Source: Thermoproteus sp. (GTDB taxonomy: Archaea > Thermoproteota > Thermoprotei > Thermoproteales > Thermoproteaceae). Taken from it: a stretch of DNA of 23,613 nt. The number at the start of each line of letters is the position of its first letter. The stretch's first letter is position 1. The translations under genes were made by a program, and so were the position numbers. A model generated the notes under the pieces. That model had not been told where the DNA came from. It made no database searches and worked only from the letters and a program-made list of their open reading frames with translations. The DNA lies in NCBI GenBank assembly GCA_049976425.1, contig JBMFIG010000021.1, positions 1-23,613 of the forward strand. The letters run 5' to 3'. This document shows, in pieces, positions 7,982 to 15,953 of the stretch.

Positions 7982-8343
7982 TAGAAACAGGGGGTCGATA
8001 GGCCCCCCTCGCAGACCTCGACCCAAGTGGCGCCGAGGTGTCTAGCTATATATCTAGCCAGACACTCGCCGGTGACCCCGCCGGGCCCGCACGGTATTTC
8101 GTAGTAGGGCTCCGGGGCCTCCCCCTCGCGGCTGGACTTGAGGTATTTGCCGTCCATCTCGGCGAGTAGCGACCAGAGCCTGCGCTGGAGCTCGTCGGCG
8201 TCCACGACGTAGTCCACGTCGTCGGGGCCGCAGACGGCCGCCCTGATCACGTAGTCGTGTCCGTGGAGCGTGCCCTTGAGGGCGGAGAACGAGGGCTTGT
8301 GGGCCACCGAGATGGATCCCCGGGCCACGACGCAGAGACGCAC
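7969..8343 (-). CDS. queD: 6-carboxytetrahydropterin synthase / PTPS family (COG0720)
   Basis: AH...LHGHDY zinc motif, V.D, and T.E.LA.YI; 124 aa, consistent with a T-fold protein. Confidence 0.8.
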   Translation of the reverse strand: MRLCVVARGSISVAHKPSFSALKGTLHGHDYVIRAAVCGPDDVDYVVDADELQRRLWSLLAEMDGKYLKSSREGEAPEPYYEIPCGPGGVTGECLARYIARHLGATWVEVCEGGLSTPCFYYGP

Positions 8344-8362
8344 GGCGGCTCGCCGCCCCCTC

Positions 8363-8377
8363 TATAAATATTTTAAA
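8363..8377. promoter_or_regulatory. Bidirectional TATA region shared by queD and the QNG1-like gene
   Basis: TATAAATATTTTAAA is the only AT island in the 52-bp gap between divergent GTG starts at 8343 and 8396. Confidence 0.65.
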
Positions 8378-8395
8378 GACGTCCGCCGCACGGCC

Positions 8396-9292
8396 GTGGA
8401 CGTTGTCGTGGATGTAGACAAGGCGCGGGCGGTGGCCGAGATAGTGGGGAGGCTCGGCTTGAGGAGGGACACCTACGACGACGGGCGCCTATACCCCCCT
8501 AGATCCGATCCCCGGGAGGATCAGCTGGCGTTCTTCACAGCGATGGTGGCGGTCGACCACAGGACCTCCACGCCGCTGGGGCCCTTCGAGGGGTATATAG
8601 ACGGCGAGTTCTACCACGGGGCCGACGCGTTGTGGCGGCTCGGCAGGAAGGCCTACGACGAGGGCCTATTCAAGGCCGAGAGGCTGGCCGAGCTGACCCC
8701 TAAGGAGGCCGAACGCCTCTTCTCGATAGGGGATCTCAAGGTCTGGGACTTCCACGTCAGGCTGTTCCTACTGCGGGATCTCGGCAAGAAGGCCCTACGC
8801 GCAGGGGGGTTCGAGGCGTTGATACCGGACGCCGTGTCCGAGATGGTGGAGAGGCTGAGGCGGATCAGAGCGTACGAGGACCCCGTGAGGAAGAAGGCGC
8901 TGTTGTTGGCCAAGTTCCTGGACGGACGCGGCTTGGTAAAGTTCAAGGACCCCGAGAACTTCGACGTGCCGGTCGACAACCACCTATCCAGGATAGCCTA
9001 CAGGCTGGGCATAGCCGACGTCGACTACCGCCAGCTCTTCGAGGGGCTGGAGCTGAGCCGCGAGGAGGACGCCGAGGTGCGGCAGAAGGTGAAGCTCGCG
9101 TGGAGGCTGGTGGCCAAATTCTCGGGCGTCGACCCGTTCACCCTAGACGACTTCTTGTGGTCTTTCGGGAGGCGCGTATGCACTAGAGAGGCGCCGAGGT
9201 GCGGCCAGTGCCCCTTTAGGTCGGTCTGCAAGGCCGACGGCCTCGGCCAGTACCCGCCGGAGCACTCCCACCAGCTGACCTGGTATTATTAA
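8396..9292 (+). CDS. QNG1/DUF2419 (queuosine salvage)-like HhH-fold N-glycosylase with EndoIII-type [4Fe-4S] motif
   Basis: Motifs LAELT..E...LF, R..LLRDLG, KKALLL, FKD..NFDVPVDNH...RLG, E..EVR, LDDFLW..G, C-X6-C-X2-C-X5-C and C-terminal H..LTWYY. GTG 8396 preferred as start. Confidence 0.65.
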   Translation: MDVVVDVDKARAVAEIVGRLGLRRDTYDDGRLYPPRSDPREDQLAFFTAMVAVDHRTSTPLGPFEGYIDGEFYHGADALWRLGRKAYDEGLFKAERLAELTPKEAERLFSIGDLKVWDFHVRLFLLRDLGKKALRAGGFEALIPDAVSEMVERLRRIRAYEDPVRKKALLLAKFLDGRGLVKFKDPENFDVPVDNHLSRIAYRLGIADVDYRQLFEGLELSREEDAEVRQKVKLAWRLVAKFSGVDPFTLDDFLWSFGRRVCTREAPRCGQCPFRSVCKADGLGQYPPEHSHQLTWYY

Positions 9293-9309
9293 ACACCCCC
9301 ATTTCCCTC

Positions 9310-10263
9310 ATGGAGATCAGAGCAGTCGCCTTGAACGTGAAGTGGGGCTTCGACCCCGAGAGGATTTCGCGGTTCTTAGAGGCGGCCAAGAAGTTGCGTC
9401 CGCTGACCGTGAGGGTTTCCGTGACCACCCCGCCGAGGGAGGGCGTCAGGCAGACGTTGAAGGCGTTGGAGGAGCTGGGCGTGGAGTACGCGGCGATAGG
9501 CATCTACGAGGGCGACGATCTGGAGGAGCTCGTGAGGACCTACGGCGTCTTCGCCGCCGTGGGCTCCGTAGACAGATACCTCGAGTTCTTGAGGAGGGTG
9601 GAGAGGCGCGGCGAGCCCCATCTGGCCAAAAACGTGGCGCTCTTGCTGGGGGGCGTAGTCTACGATTCGCCCTACTACCCCGCTACTGCGGTGAAGAACG
9701 AGGGCGTCGCGCTGTCGCTCCTCTACCCCGACGATCTGGAATCCCTCGACGACGTTGCGGCCGTCTTGGGCTCGGCAGAGAGGTTGGGGGAGGCCTTCGC
9801 GTCGTCCATAGGCGAGCGCTTCCTCGGCGTAGACGGGAGCCTATCCCCCTGGGGCGAGAGATCCGTGGCGAGGGCGATCGAGCGCCTGTTCGGCGTGAGG
9901 GTCGGCGCGTGGGGCACGCACTCGGCCATCAGAGCCTTGAACGAGGCCATCTGGTCCTCCGGCGCCCGCCTAGTGGGCTTCAGCGAGGTCATGTTGCCGC
10001 TGGCGGAGGACGAGGAGCTGAAGAGGCTGGTCGAGGGAGGGGCCCTAGACCTCCAGAAGCTCGTGTCCTACACCTCGACGTGCGTCGCGGGCCTCGACAT
10101 GGTCCCGATAGAAGCCGACGAGAAGGCCTTGAGGAGGATGTTGCTCGATCTGGAGGCCATAGCGAAGTCCAAGGGGAGGGCCGTCGGCGTGAGGGTCTTC
10201 CCGGCCTCCGGCCAGTACTTCGACGTGCCGGGCTTCGGCAAGACGCCCGTCCTGAGGCCTTGA
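9310..10263 (+). CDS. DUF711/UPF0210 family protein
   Basis: Motifs SPYYP, GVDGSLSP, G.WGT..A...LN, VGFS.VMLP..ED..L and C..GLDMVP. Confidence 0.75.
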   Translation: MEIRAVALNVKWGFDPERISRFLEAAKKLRPLTVRVSVTTPPREGVRQTLKALEELGVEYAAIGIYEGDDLEELVRTYGVFAAVGSVDRYLEFLRRVERRGEPHLAKNVALLLGGVVYDSPYYPATAVKNEGVALSLLYPDDLESLDDVAAVLGSAERLGEAFASSIGERFLGVDGSLSPWGERSVARAIERLFGVRVGAWGTHSAIRALNEAIWSSGARLVGFSEVMLPLAEDEELKRLVEGGALDLQKLVSYTSTCVAGLDMVPIEADEKALRRMLLDLEAIAKSKGRAVGVRVFPASGQYFDVPGFGKTPVLRP

Positions 10264-10264
10264 C

Positions 10265-11116
10265 ATGCCGTGGCTCACTAGGCCTATCGAGTACGTCCCC
10301 CGCCGCGTCGTGTCCCTCAACCCGTCCATAACCGAGTTCCTCTTCGTCGCCGGCCTCGGAGACAGGCTGATCGGGAGGGACGTGTTCTCCTACAGGCCGC
10401 GGGACGCCCTCAAGATACCTCATGTGGGGTCCTTCACCTCGGCCGACCTAGGCGCGGTCGAGGGGGTCAAGCCGGATCTGGTTATAGTGTACTACCCGGT
10501 GCAGAAGGACCTCGTGGAGGTTCTCGACAGAATAGCCCCCGTCGCAGTTGTCGAGACGCCTACGAGCATCGACGACGTGTTGGGCAACTTCAAGTTCGTG
10601 TCCAGGCTCCTCGACGCCGACGAGGCGGGGGAGCACGTGTCGGGCATATACAGGGATCTGCTCAAAGGCGCGCCGCTCGTGGAGGACGCCTTGGCGGTCT
10701 TCTACCTGGGGGGCTACGACGTGGCCTGCGCCGAGTCCTTCACCGCCGCGGCCCTCGACGCCGTTGGCATAAGGTACAGCAGGAGGATCCACTGCGTCTA
10801 CCACTTCCTGGGGCCTCTGGAGAAGGCCGTGGAGCTGGTGGAGAGAGTCGACCCGGCCCTCGTGCTCTACGAGGGCAAGACGAGGCAGCCGAGGCCCGAG
10901 GAAACCGCCTGGATCAGACGCGCCAGGTGTAGGGCTTGCTCTAGGGGCGAGGTGGTGGCGGTCCCCAACGACACGTTGGCGCACTACGGGCCGAGCCTCC
11001 CGCTGGACCTCGCGCTGGTCAGAGACGCCGTGGCCTCGCGGGCCCCGCTGGTCGCCGGCACTTCCAGCGTGTCGAGGCCCGCCCTAGGCGATCCCTGGTA
11101 CCGGCCGTACCTCTGA
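10265..11116 (+). CDS. Class III (BtuF/FhuD-like) substrate-binding fold protein, no signal peptide
   Basis: Motifs PRRVVSL.PS.TE.LF..G.GDRL.G, KPDLVI and C-terminal H.GP. Confidence 0.7.
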   Translation: MPWLTRPIEYVPRRVVSLNPSITEFLFVAGLGDRLIGRDVFSYRPRDALKIPHVGSFTSADLGAVEGVKPDLVIVYYPVQKDLVEVLDRIAPVAVVETPTSIDDVLGNFKFVSRLLDADEAGEHVSGIYRDLLKGAPLVEDALAVFYLGGYDVACAESFTAAALDAVGIRYSRRIHCVYHFLGPLEKAVELVERVDPALVLYEGKTRQPRPEETAWIRRARCRACSRGEVVAVPNDTLAHYGPSLPLDLALVRDAVASRAPLVAGTSSVSRPALGDPWYRPYL

Positions 11117-11194
11117 GGGCGGGCCGCCCCGCGATGTCGGGACCCGCCGGCGGGAAGGGCTCCATGCTTATAAGCTTGGTTGCGTTGAGCCCCC

Positions 11195-12586
11195 ATGCTG
11201 GCGGATCTATTGGAGAGGGGGGAGCTCTCTGTCGCCATCTACGGGCTCGGCTACGTCGGCCTGGCCCTCTCCGCGGCTTGGGCTAGAGCCGGAGCCAAGG
11301 TCATAGGAGTCGACGTAGACGCCGAGAGGGTCGCGGCGCTCTCCAACGGCGTAGTGGAGTACGTCGAGGAGGACGTGAGGCGCGCCGTGGCCGACGCTAT
11401 AAAGTCGGGAAGGATGGAGGTCACCACCGACGGCGAGGTGGCCTCGATAAAGAGCAAGGTGAAGATAGTCACCGTGCCGGTGTACCTCACTGCGACTAGG
11501 CCCAGCATAGAGGTGGACTTCTCCGCCATAGTCTCCGCCGCCAAGGCCATAGCCCAGGGGCTGAAGCGGGAGGACTTAGTCGTCGTGGAGTCCAGCGTCC
11601 CGCCGGGCACCACCGAGGAGGTGGTGAGGCCTGTGCTGGAGGAGTCCGGCCTAACCGCCGAGGACGACTTCTACCTGGCCTACAGCCCCGAGAGGGTCAT
11701 GGTGGGGCACGCCCTCAAGGACATAGAGGAGAACTACCCCAAGATAGTCGCCGGCGTCGGGCCCAGAAGCGCCGAGGAGGCCGCGGCCCTGTACAGGAAG
11801 ATAGCGAGGAAGGGCGTGATAAAGCTCTCGTCGGTGAAGGCGGCGGAGTTCGAGAAGCTGCTCGAGGGAGTCTACCGCGACTTGAACATAGCGCTGGCCA
11901 ACGAGATGGCCCGCCTGGCGAGCGCCCTCGGCATCTCCTTCGCGGAGGCCAGAGCGGCCGCCAACAGCCAGCCCTACAGCCACGTCCACAAGCCGGGCAC
12001 CGGCGTGGGCGGCAGTTGCATACCCGTCTACCCCTACTTCCTTATGTGGACTGCCGAGAGGCTCGGCGTCGAGCTACCGCTGACAGCGTTGGGCAGAGCC
12101 GAGAACGAGGCCCAGCCCTTCAGAGTGGCCGAGGCCGCCGTCAAGGCCATGATCAGAGAGGGCGTAAACCCCGCGGAGGCCAAGATAGCCGTGCTAGGCC
12201 TGGCCTTCAGAGGCGACGTGGACGACACGCGGCGTAGCCCCACCTACGACGTCCTGCAGGGGCTCCTCGACTTCGGGATAAGGCCGGCCAACATAGTGGT
12301 GCACGACCCCTACGTCAAGCGCGACCGGGTGGTCGAGAAGCTCGGGATAAGGCTGACGGGGGACTTGAAGGAGGCGTTGGCCGGGGCGTCCCTGGCCCTA
12401 ATAGCGACCGACCACAGCGCGTATAGGGTAAAGGCCAGCGAGCTGGCTAAGCTGATGGCGAGGCCTGTCATAGTCGACGCCCGCGGCGTTTTGGAGGCCG
12501 ACATGCCCATATACTCTATAGACGGAGGGCGTTGGCCCGTGGAGAGGCGGAGCCCCGTCCAGGAGGAGTCCAGGAGGCGTTGCTAG
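11195..12586 (+). CDS. Nucleotide-sugar 6-dehydrogenase (UDP-ManNAc/UDP-GlcNAc dehydrogenase, WecC-like)
   Basis: Motifs GLGYVG, ESSVPPGTT, YSPER, K..E..YRD.NIALANE, PG.GVGG.C and LGLAF..DVDD.R.SP. Confidence 0.88.
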   Translation: MLADLLERGELSVAIYGLGYVGLALSAAWARAGAKVIGVDVDAERVAALSNGVVEYVEEDVRRAVADAIKSGRMEVTTDGEVASIKSKVKIVTVPVYLTATRPSIEVDFSAIVSAAKAIAQGLKREDLVVVESSVPPGTTEEVVRPVLEESGLTAEDDFYLAYSPERVMVGHALKDIEENYPKIVAGVGPRSAEEAAALYRKIARKGVIKLSSVKAAEFEKLLEGVYRDLNIALANEMARLASALGISFAEARAAANSQPYSHVHKPGTGVGGSCIPVYPYFLMWTAERLGVELPLTALGRAENEAQPFRVAEAAVKAMIREGVNPAEAKIAVLGLAFRGDVDDTRRSPTYDVLQGLLDFGIRPANIVVHDPYVKRDRVVEKLGIRLTGDLKEALAGASLALIATDHSAYRVKASELAKLMARPVIVDARGVLEADMPIYSIDGGRWPVERRSPVQEESRRRC

Positions 12587-13428
12587 CCCTTAACCCCGCT
12601 CATCGTGTACATCCTCGTTAGGTATCTCTGGAACGCCAAGAATACGGCCATTATGGGTATGCCCATCAACACGGCGAATGCGGCGAAGACGTTGTAGAGC
12701 GTCGATCTGTTCGTGAACGAGAGGTACCACATGCCCAACGTCAACGTCCACATATCGCTACTGGTTATGAAGACGTTGGCCATGGCGTAGTCGGTGTAGG
12801 CGCCCATGAACGCCAGGAGGCCCAGGAAGGCGAGTACCGGCTTGCTCAGAGGCAACAAGATCCTCATGAAGGCCCCGAACCTCGACAAGCCGTCTATCAT
12901 GGCGGCCTCCTCGTACTCCTTCGGTATGGAGTCCACGAACAGCTTCACGAGGTACGCCCCGTATATCGACGTCCCGCTCGAGTAGGCGAGTATCAGCCCG
13001 TAGTACGTGTTTATTAAATGGAGCGTTGCGAACATGAGATACAGCGGCAACACGGTCACCGTCATCGGGAAGAAGGTGAGTACGTAGACCGTCACCATCA
13101 AGGCCCTCTTCCCCGGCACGTTCAGCCTCGACAACGCCACCCCCGACAAGAACGCCAGCAGGATCGTCACGGCGACGGTGGAGCCGGCCAGTATCAGGCT
13201 GTTCCTCAACCACAGGAAGAACGGGTTCCCGAAGAGTATGCCCTTATAGGCCTCCAGAGTCACCCCTCTGGGCTGGGGTATCAAGCTGTTTACGCTTATC
13301 GAGGCTATGGTCGGTATATCGCTGAGGGACGTTATCACTATATAGTAGATGGGGAATACCGCTATCACGGCGGATACGGCCAATATGATGTACGATATGC
13401 CGAGCCGGAGGACGTCCCAGACCTTCAT
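12583..13428 (-). CDS. Carbohydrate ABC transporter permease (MalG-like)
   Basis: Multiple transmembrane segments; EAA motif IPKEYEEAAMIDG. Confidence 0.9.
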   Translation of the reverse strand: MKVWDVLRLGISYIILAVSAVIAVFPIYYIVITSLSDIPTIASISVNSLIPQPRGVTLEAYKGILFGNPFFLWLRNSLILAGSTVAVTILLAFLSGVALSRLNVPGKRALMVTVYVLTFFPMTVTVLPLYLMFATLHLINTYYGLILAYSSGTSIYGAYLVKLFVDSIPKEYEEAAMIDGLSRFGAFMRILLPLSKPVLAFLGLLAFMGAYTDYAMANVFITSSDMWTLTLGMWYLSFTNRSTLYNVFAAFAVLMGIPIMAVFLAFQRYLTRMYTMSGVKG

Positions 13429-14306
13429 GTTATCGCCTCCAACACGCCCGAGTATTTCAGCATTATGACGGCCATGGCTATCAGTATAACGGCGTCTATC
13501 ACCGAGTAGACGGCGGCGAAGTTGTAGAGGCTGTTGTTGAACGCGGCCTGGTAGGCGTAGACCACCAAGATGTTGGTGGCGTTGCCGGGGCCTCCGCCCG
13601 TCAGTATATATATGGGGTAGAAGTTGTTCCAGGTAAAGGTGAAGCCCCCTATGGCCACGAAGGCTATGGTCTTCCTCATCAACGGGAGCGTTATGTACCT
13701 GAACCTAGCGAGGCGGCTCGCCCCGTCTATCTCTGCTATGGAGTAGAGCTCCTCGGGTATGCTCTGCAACGCGGACAGGAAGACCGATGTGTAGTAGGGG
13801 AAGGACAGCCACAGATTCGTGAGTATGAGCATGACCCAAGCCATCGGCACTATGTCGAACCAGTCTATCGGCCTTATGCCGAACATGGCCAGGACCTTGT
13901 TGACTATGCCGTATTTCCAGTTCCACATGCCCTGCCACACTATAAGCGATATGAACGCGGGGAAGGCCCAAGGCACCAGGAGCAGCGTGAAGAAGACGGA
14001 GCGCTCCTTCAAGTCCTTCTGGTTTAAGATCAAGGCCAGGAGGAAGCCGACGGCTATCATGGGCGCCAGGCTCCCGACGGTCCAAATCGCAGTGTTCGCC
14101 AAGACTTGCCAGAAGGTCCCGCCGGTGAGGACGGTTATGTAGTTGGAGAGCCCCACCCACTGGTACTCGAAGAAATGGTACAAATTAAAATTAGTAAAAG
14201 ATATATATACAGTATATGCTATTGGATATAAATAAAGAAAAGCTACAAGGATAACTACAGGGAGGATATAAAGATAGTTAAAAAAGTTTGTTTTCTTGTA
14301 GGCCAT
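13425..14306 (-). CDS. Carbohydrate ABC transporter permease (MalF-like)
   Basis: Motifs ISFTN, VGLSNY, PWAFP, LQSIP.ELY..A.IDGA and LTGGGPG. Confidence 0.9.
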   Translation of the reverse strand: MAYKKTNFFNYLYILPVVILVAFLYLYPIAYTVYISFTNFNLYHFFEYQWVGLSNYITVLTGGTFWQVLANTAIWTVGSLAPMIAVGFLLALILNQKDLKERSVFFTLLLVPWAFPAFISLIVWQGMWNWKYGIVNKVLAMFGIRPIDWFDIVPMAWVMLILTNLWLSFPYYTSVFLSALQSIPEELYSIAEIDGASRLARFRYITLPLMRKTIAFVAIGGFTFTWNNFYPIYILTGGGPGNATNILVVYAYQAAFNNSLYNFAAVYSVIDAVILIAMAVIMLKYSGVLEAIT

Positions 14307-15844
14307 TAGGAGGACGGCATCAAGCCGGCCTGTTGCATGTTAGAGATCATGCAACTCTCCATCTCCTGTGCGGCCTGCGCGGCCGATATGGTCTTGTTGG
14401 CGAAGTAGAGGGTGAAGTACTGGTGGAAGCACGGCCAGTAGAAGCCCATCTGCGGTATGTTGGGGAACTTCTGGCCGTACTGCGCCTGCTCCAGTATGCC
14501 CTTATAGACGTCGTTCATGTAGGCGGGCTGGAGGCCGCCGGAAGTGAGCAGAGCCATGACGGTGTCGTACGCCTGCTTCTCGGCAGGCAGATCGCCCGCG
14601 AAATTCCAGAGGTTCATCTCAGCCTCCTTGCTCGTCACGTAGGCTATGAAGGCGAGCGATGCGTATATCTGCTCCTTCGTAGCGCCGCTGGCCTGCGGCG
14701 AGGCTATGACCCAGCCCGTCGAGCCTATGAACGGGGCCGCCCTCTTGCCCGTCATGGATATTATGGGCAGAGGCGCCGCGCCGAGGTTGGGCCCCAGCGC
14801 CTTCTGGTATATCTTGAGATCCCAAGGCCCGTCGAATATTATGGCGGTCATGTTCTGCGTGAACAGTTGCTGCTCCAGGCTGGGCGTCACGCCAGGCGCG
14901 TTGTACTTCCAGACGTAGGTCATGTTGTACCAGAACTCCTCGGCATTAACCATGGCCGTGGAGTTGAGGTGCGGCATGCCCTTAGCGTCGAATATCTGCC
15001 CGCCGAAGCCGGTGAACCAGGCGGCGAACCTATAGCCCCACTCCTGGCCGGCGCCGTAGGCGATGCACCAGACCTTATAAGTGGAGTTTATGTACTGGCA
15101 CAGCTGGAGCAACTGGTTGGTGTTGAGCTGGTCCACGTTCACCCCGAACATCTTCTGCGTCAGAGAGTCGTTCAGGAACTTCTTGTTGTAGTACATCACG
15201 ATGTAGTTGACGTTGTCGGGAAGGCCGTAGATGGAGTTGCCCAACATGAAGTTCTCGACGGCAACGGGGATGTAAGCCGCCTCTATATCGGCCGGGTTGA
15301 TGTACTTGCTCACGTTGAGCAGAAGGCCTCCGGCGAACAGCTTGCCCGCGTCGTCGCTGGTATCCCTATAGACGTTGGGCGCCTGGCCGGCCTTGGCGGC
15401 CGAGACGAAGTTCGCGGTGGCTATCCCGACCCCGTGGGTGACCTGCACCTTTATACATGGATACGCTTGCATGAAGGAGGCGAGGGTGACGTTGAAGGCT
15501 TGGTCCTCGGTAGGACCGTAGGTGTCCCACACCGATATGGTCACGGTCTTGCCGCCGAGCAGTTGTTTACAGACGAAGTTGGGGTTGAGGAGAGAGCTCA
15601 GGCTGAACGGAGGCGTGGTGGGCGGCGCGCTCGTAGTCGTGACGGTTACCACCGACGTGGTGGTCGCAACCGAGGTTGTCGTGGCCACAGACGTCGTCGT
15701 CGACACCACCGTGGTGGTAACCGTAGTAGGCGCAGATGTCTGGGGCGGCGCCGGCTTTGTGGCGTAATAGAGGGCGACGGCGGCGATGATAATCACCACC
15801 ACAACCGCGATAGCTATGGAGACTGTTCTACTTAGGCCCTTCAT
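14306..15844 (-). CDS. Maltose/maltodextrin-type ABC substrate-binding protein, N-terminally anchored
   Basis: N-terminal transmembrane segment, Thr/Val-rich linker, and motifs YGLP, MYYNK, FDGPW and PNIPQMG.YW. Confidence 0.88.
   Translation of the reverse strand: MKGLSRTVSIAIAVVVVIIIAAVALYYATKPAPPQTSAPTTVTTTVVSTTTSVATTTSVATTTSVVTVTTTSAPPTTPPFSLSSLLNPNFVCKQLLGGKTVTISVWDTYGPTEDQAFNVTLASFMQAYPCIKVQVTHGVGIATANFVSAAKAGQAPNVYRDTSDDAGKLFAGGLLLNVSKYINPADIEAAYIPVAVENFMLGNSIYGLPDNVNYIVMYYNKKFLNDSLTQKMFGVNVDQLNTNQLLQLCQYINSTYKVWCIAYGAGQEWGYRFAAWFTGFGGQIFDAKGMPHLNSTAMVNAEEFWYNMTYVWKYNAPGVTPSLEQQLFTQNMTAIIFDGPWDLKIYQKALGPNLGAAPLPIISMTGKRAAPFIGSTGWVIASPQASGATKEQIYASLAFIAYVTSKEAEMNLWNFAGDLPAEKQAYDTVMALLTSGGLQPAYMNDVYKGILEQAQYGQKFPNIPQMGFYWPCFHQYFTLYFANKTISAAQAAQEMESCMISNMQQAGLMPSS
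15620..15745 (-). repeat. Low-complexity Thr/Val/Ser linker (TTTSVA repeats)
   Basis: PTTVTTTVVSTTTSVATTTSVATTTSVVTVTTTSAPPTT. Confidence 0.7.
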
Positions 15845-15953
15845 GTAAGTACTACATACAACTTATATTTAACAATTCCCCCTGAAAGCTCGTCGCTCTA
15901 CGCATGGCATATGGCCAACTGAAAATTTTTTACGTGAACGTTCGTTAAGGTAT

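Noticed and set aside
11117-11160. GC-rich palindromes (GGGCGGGCCGCCC, CCCGCCGGCGGG) after the BtuF-like gene
   Set aside because: They are short, expected at this GC content, and have no U-tract or C/D box motifs.
14288-15835. 515-aa ORF antisense to the binding protein, and similar long shadow ORFs (7115..8026, 9342..10331, 15945..16667, 18458..19213, 20894..21628)
   Set aside because: These are expected shadows of GC3-rich coding DNA. They fully overlap well-supported genes and show no recognisable motifs.
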